36,700 nt of DNA from positions 98,907,409 to 98,944,108 of the forward strand of contig NC_068986.1 in the NCBI RefSeq assembly GCF_001194135.2. Direction: 5' to 3'. This DNA comes from Octopus bimaculoides. Its lineage: Eukaryota. The number at the start of each line of letters is the position of its first letter. Within the stretch, counting starts at the first letter, position 1. The notes beneath the pieces were generated by a model. It made no database searches, was not told the DNA's origin, and was given only the letters and a program-made list of their open reading frames with translations. Shown here one piece after another: positions 34,990-36,700 of the stretch. The translations under genes were made by a program, and so were the position numbers.

Positions 34990-35585
34990 CTATAAAACTA
35001 ATACTGGTTTCAAATTTTGGCTCAAGAACTGCAATTTCGAGGTAGGGGTTGTTGGCACTCCGTCGAGGGTTCCAGTTGATCCGATCAACGGAACAGCCAG
35101 CTCGTGAAATTAACGTGCAAGTGGCTGAGCACTCCACAGACACGTGTACCCTTAACGTAGTTCTCGGGGATATTCAGTGTGACACAGTGTGACAAGGCTG
35201 ACCCTTTGAATTACAGACACACAGAAACAGGAAGTAAGAGTGAGAGAAAGTTATGGTGAAAGAGTATAGCAGGGTTCGCCACCATCCCCTGCCGGAGCCT
35301 CGTGGAGCTTTAGGTATTTTCGCTCAATAAACACTCACAACGCCCGGTCTGGGAATCGAAACCGCGATCTTATGGCTGCGAGTCGCCCTAACCACTGGGC
35401 CATTGCACCTCCACGGGGTAGGGGTAAGCCTATCACAGTGCTCTCATGGTACTTATTTTATCGACCCCAAAAGTGATGAAAAGAAAAGTTGACATTGGTG
35501 GAATTTGAATTCAGAGCGTTAAGACGGACGAAATATCCCCAAGTATTTTATTCGTCATGCTAAATATTCTACCAGCTCGTCAGCT
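34990..35585 (-). mobile_element. Older SINE family B (tail b) split by a family A insertion
   Basis: Tail at 34990-35049, core and head at 35417-35585. Confidence 0.7.
35050..35416 (-). mobile_element. SINE family A, full length, with a 12-bp deletion in the 3' stem-loop
   Basis: Reverse complement of 20104-20485; 9-bp TSD GGTAGGGGT at 35041-35049 and 35417-35425. Confidence 0.93.
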
Positions 35586-36330
35586 TAATATCAAATAATA
35601 TATTAAAACAATTTAACGTTAAACTGAAGAATTACTTAATGCATTTTAGTAAAGTACATGTTTATTAAATTTTACAACGAAAAGATTGGCAATGGCTTCA
35701 AAGTTCCCTATACATGTATATATTCATATCAATAATAGACAGTCTTAAACAATTATTAACATTTTCAAGTATTTTGAGACAACTTATGTACGTGCCTCAT
35801 TTTTGTGTCAGGGATTCCCAAAGTAAACCAACGTTGTACAGTCTTTTATTCATGTTGTTTCATAGTCATGTAAAGAGCCAACGAGAAAATTAAGTTATGT
35901 AGAGTAAAGAAAAGCTATTTTACGTATGCACCCTAAATGGACATAAAATATTTATTAATACCAAGTATATATTTATCACGTTACCAACTAGAGAACAATA
36001 CACGTATTAGATTATCCATTTCAGTAGGTTTGGTTTCTGCCTGACTTAAATGGCGATTGCTATTTCTTGTGGAGAGTGGAGAGGATATTTATCCACTGAG
36101 AAGTCGTCAGCTGACCGTAAAATATGTCAAGATAATCTTCATATTTTTCTGTGTGTGAAGAAAATAGAAAGATATGTTTACACTTGTATATTTTCTACAG
36201 TGAAGGTGTTTAAAAATATAGGCTGAGTGCCCAATGCATGTTGTTTGTCTTAAATATACATACATGCATTATATTGTCTTAAATATACATGTGTATGTAT
36301 GTACATATGTATGTATAATTTAATGTTATT

Positions 36331-36700
36331 CTTTTACTTTTACTTGTTTCAGTCATTTGATTGCGGACATGCTGGAGCACAACCTTTAGCCGAACAAATC
36401 GACCCCAGGACTTATTCTTTGTAAGCCTAGTACTTATTCTATCGGTCTATTTTGCCGGACCGTTAAGTTACGGAGACGTAAACACACCAGCATCGGTTGT
36501 CAAGCGATGTTGGGGCGACAAACACAGACACACAAACACGCATATATATATATACATATACATGTATACGACGGGCTTCTTTCAGTTTCCGTCTACCAAA
36601 TCCACTCACAAGTCCTTGGTCGACCTGAGGCTATAGTAGAAGACACTTGCCCAAGGTGCCACGCAGTGGGACTGAACCCGGAACCATGTGGTTGATAAGC
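36331..36700 (-). mobile_element. CORE-like SINE family C with an internal microsatellite; 5' end runs off the window
   Basis: Sense reading has GGTTCCGGGTTCAGTCCCACTGCGTGGCACCTTGGGCAAGTGTCTT and a (GTAAAA)-type tail; homologous to 24742-24930. Confidence 0.85.

Noticed and set aside
1-36700. CRISPR arrays, rRNA, operon-like or prokaryotic systems
   Set aside because: No regularly spaced repeat-spacer array or rRNA motifs; the sequence is clearly repeat-rich animal DNA.

Overview
AT-rich, microsatellite-dense eukaryotic DNA with four assembly gaps. The SINE families match what I recall from coleoid cephalopods, most likely Octopus (recall only, no database check). I found no host protein-coding gene that I can support; the window reads as intronic or intergenic. 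It contains decayed retroelements: a 5'-truncated RTE LINE with a SINE inserted in it, a Penelope-like RT fragment, three stacked R4/Dong-like RLE 3' ends, another RLE fragment and two old RTE remnants. It also holds a DD37D (maT-like) Tc1/mariner pseudogene, a piggyBac-like MITE end and more than 15 tRNA-headed SINE copies from at least three modular families. The most notable non-obvious signals are a foldable type I hammerhead ribozyme at about 25.7 kb, two long inverted repeats (27.1-27.3 kb and 32.1-32.5 kb), an (AAT)n-associated Dong stack, and a minus-strand bias of all TE coding remnants. Most ORFs in the supplied track are microsatellite or antisense artefacts. I see no convincing evidence of a wholly new biological system.
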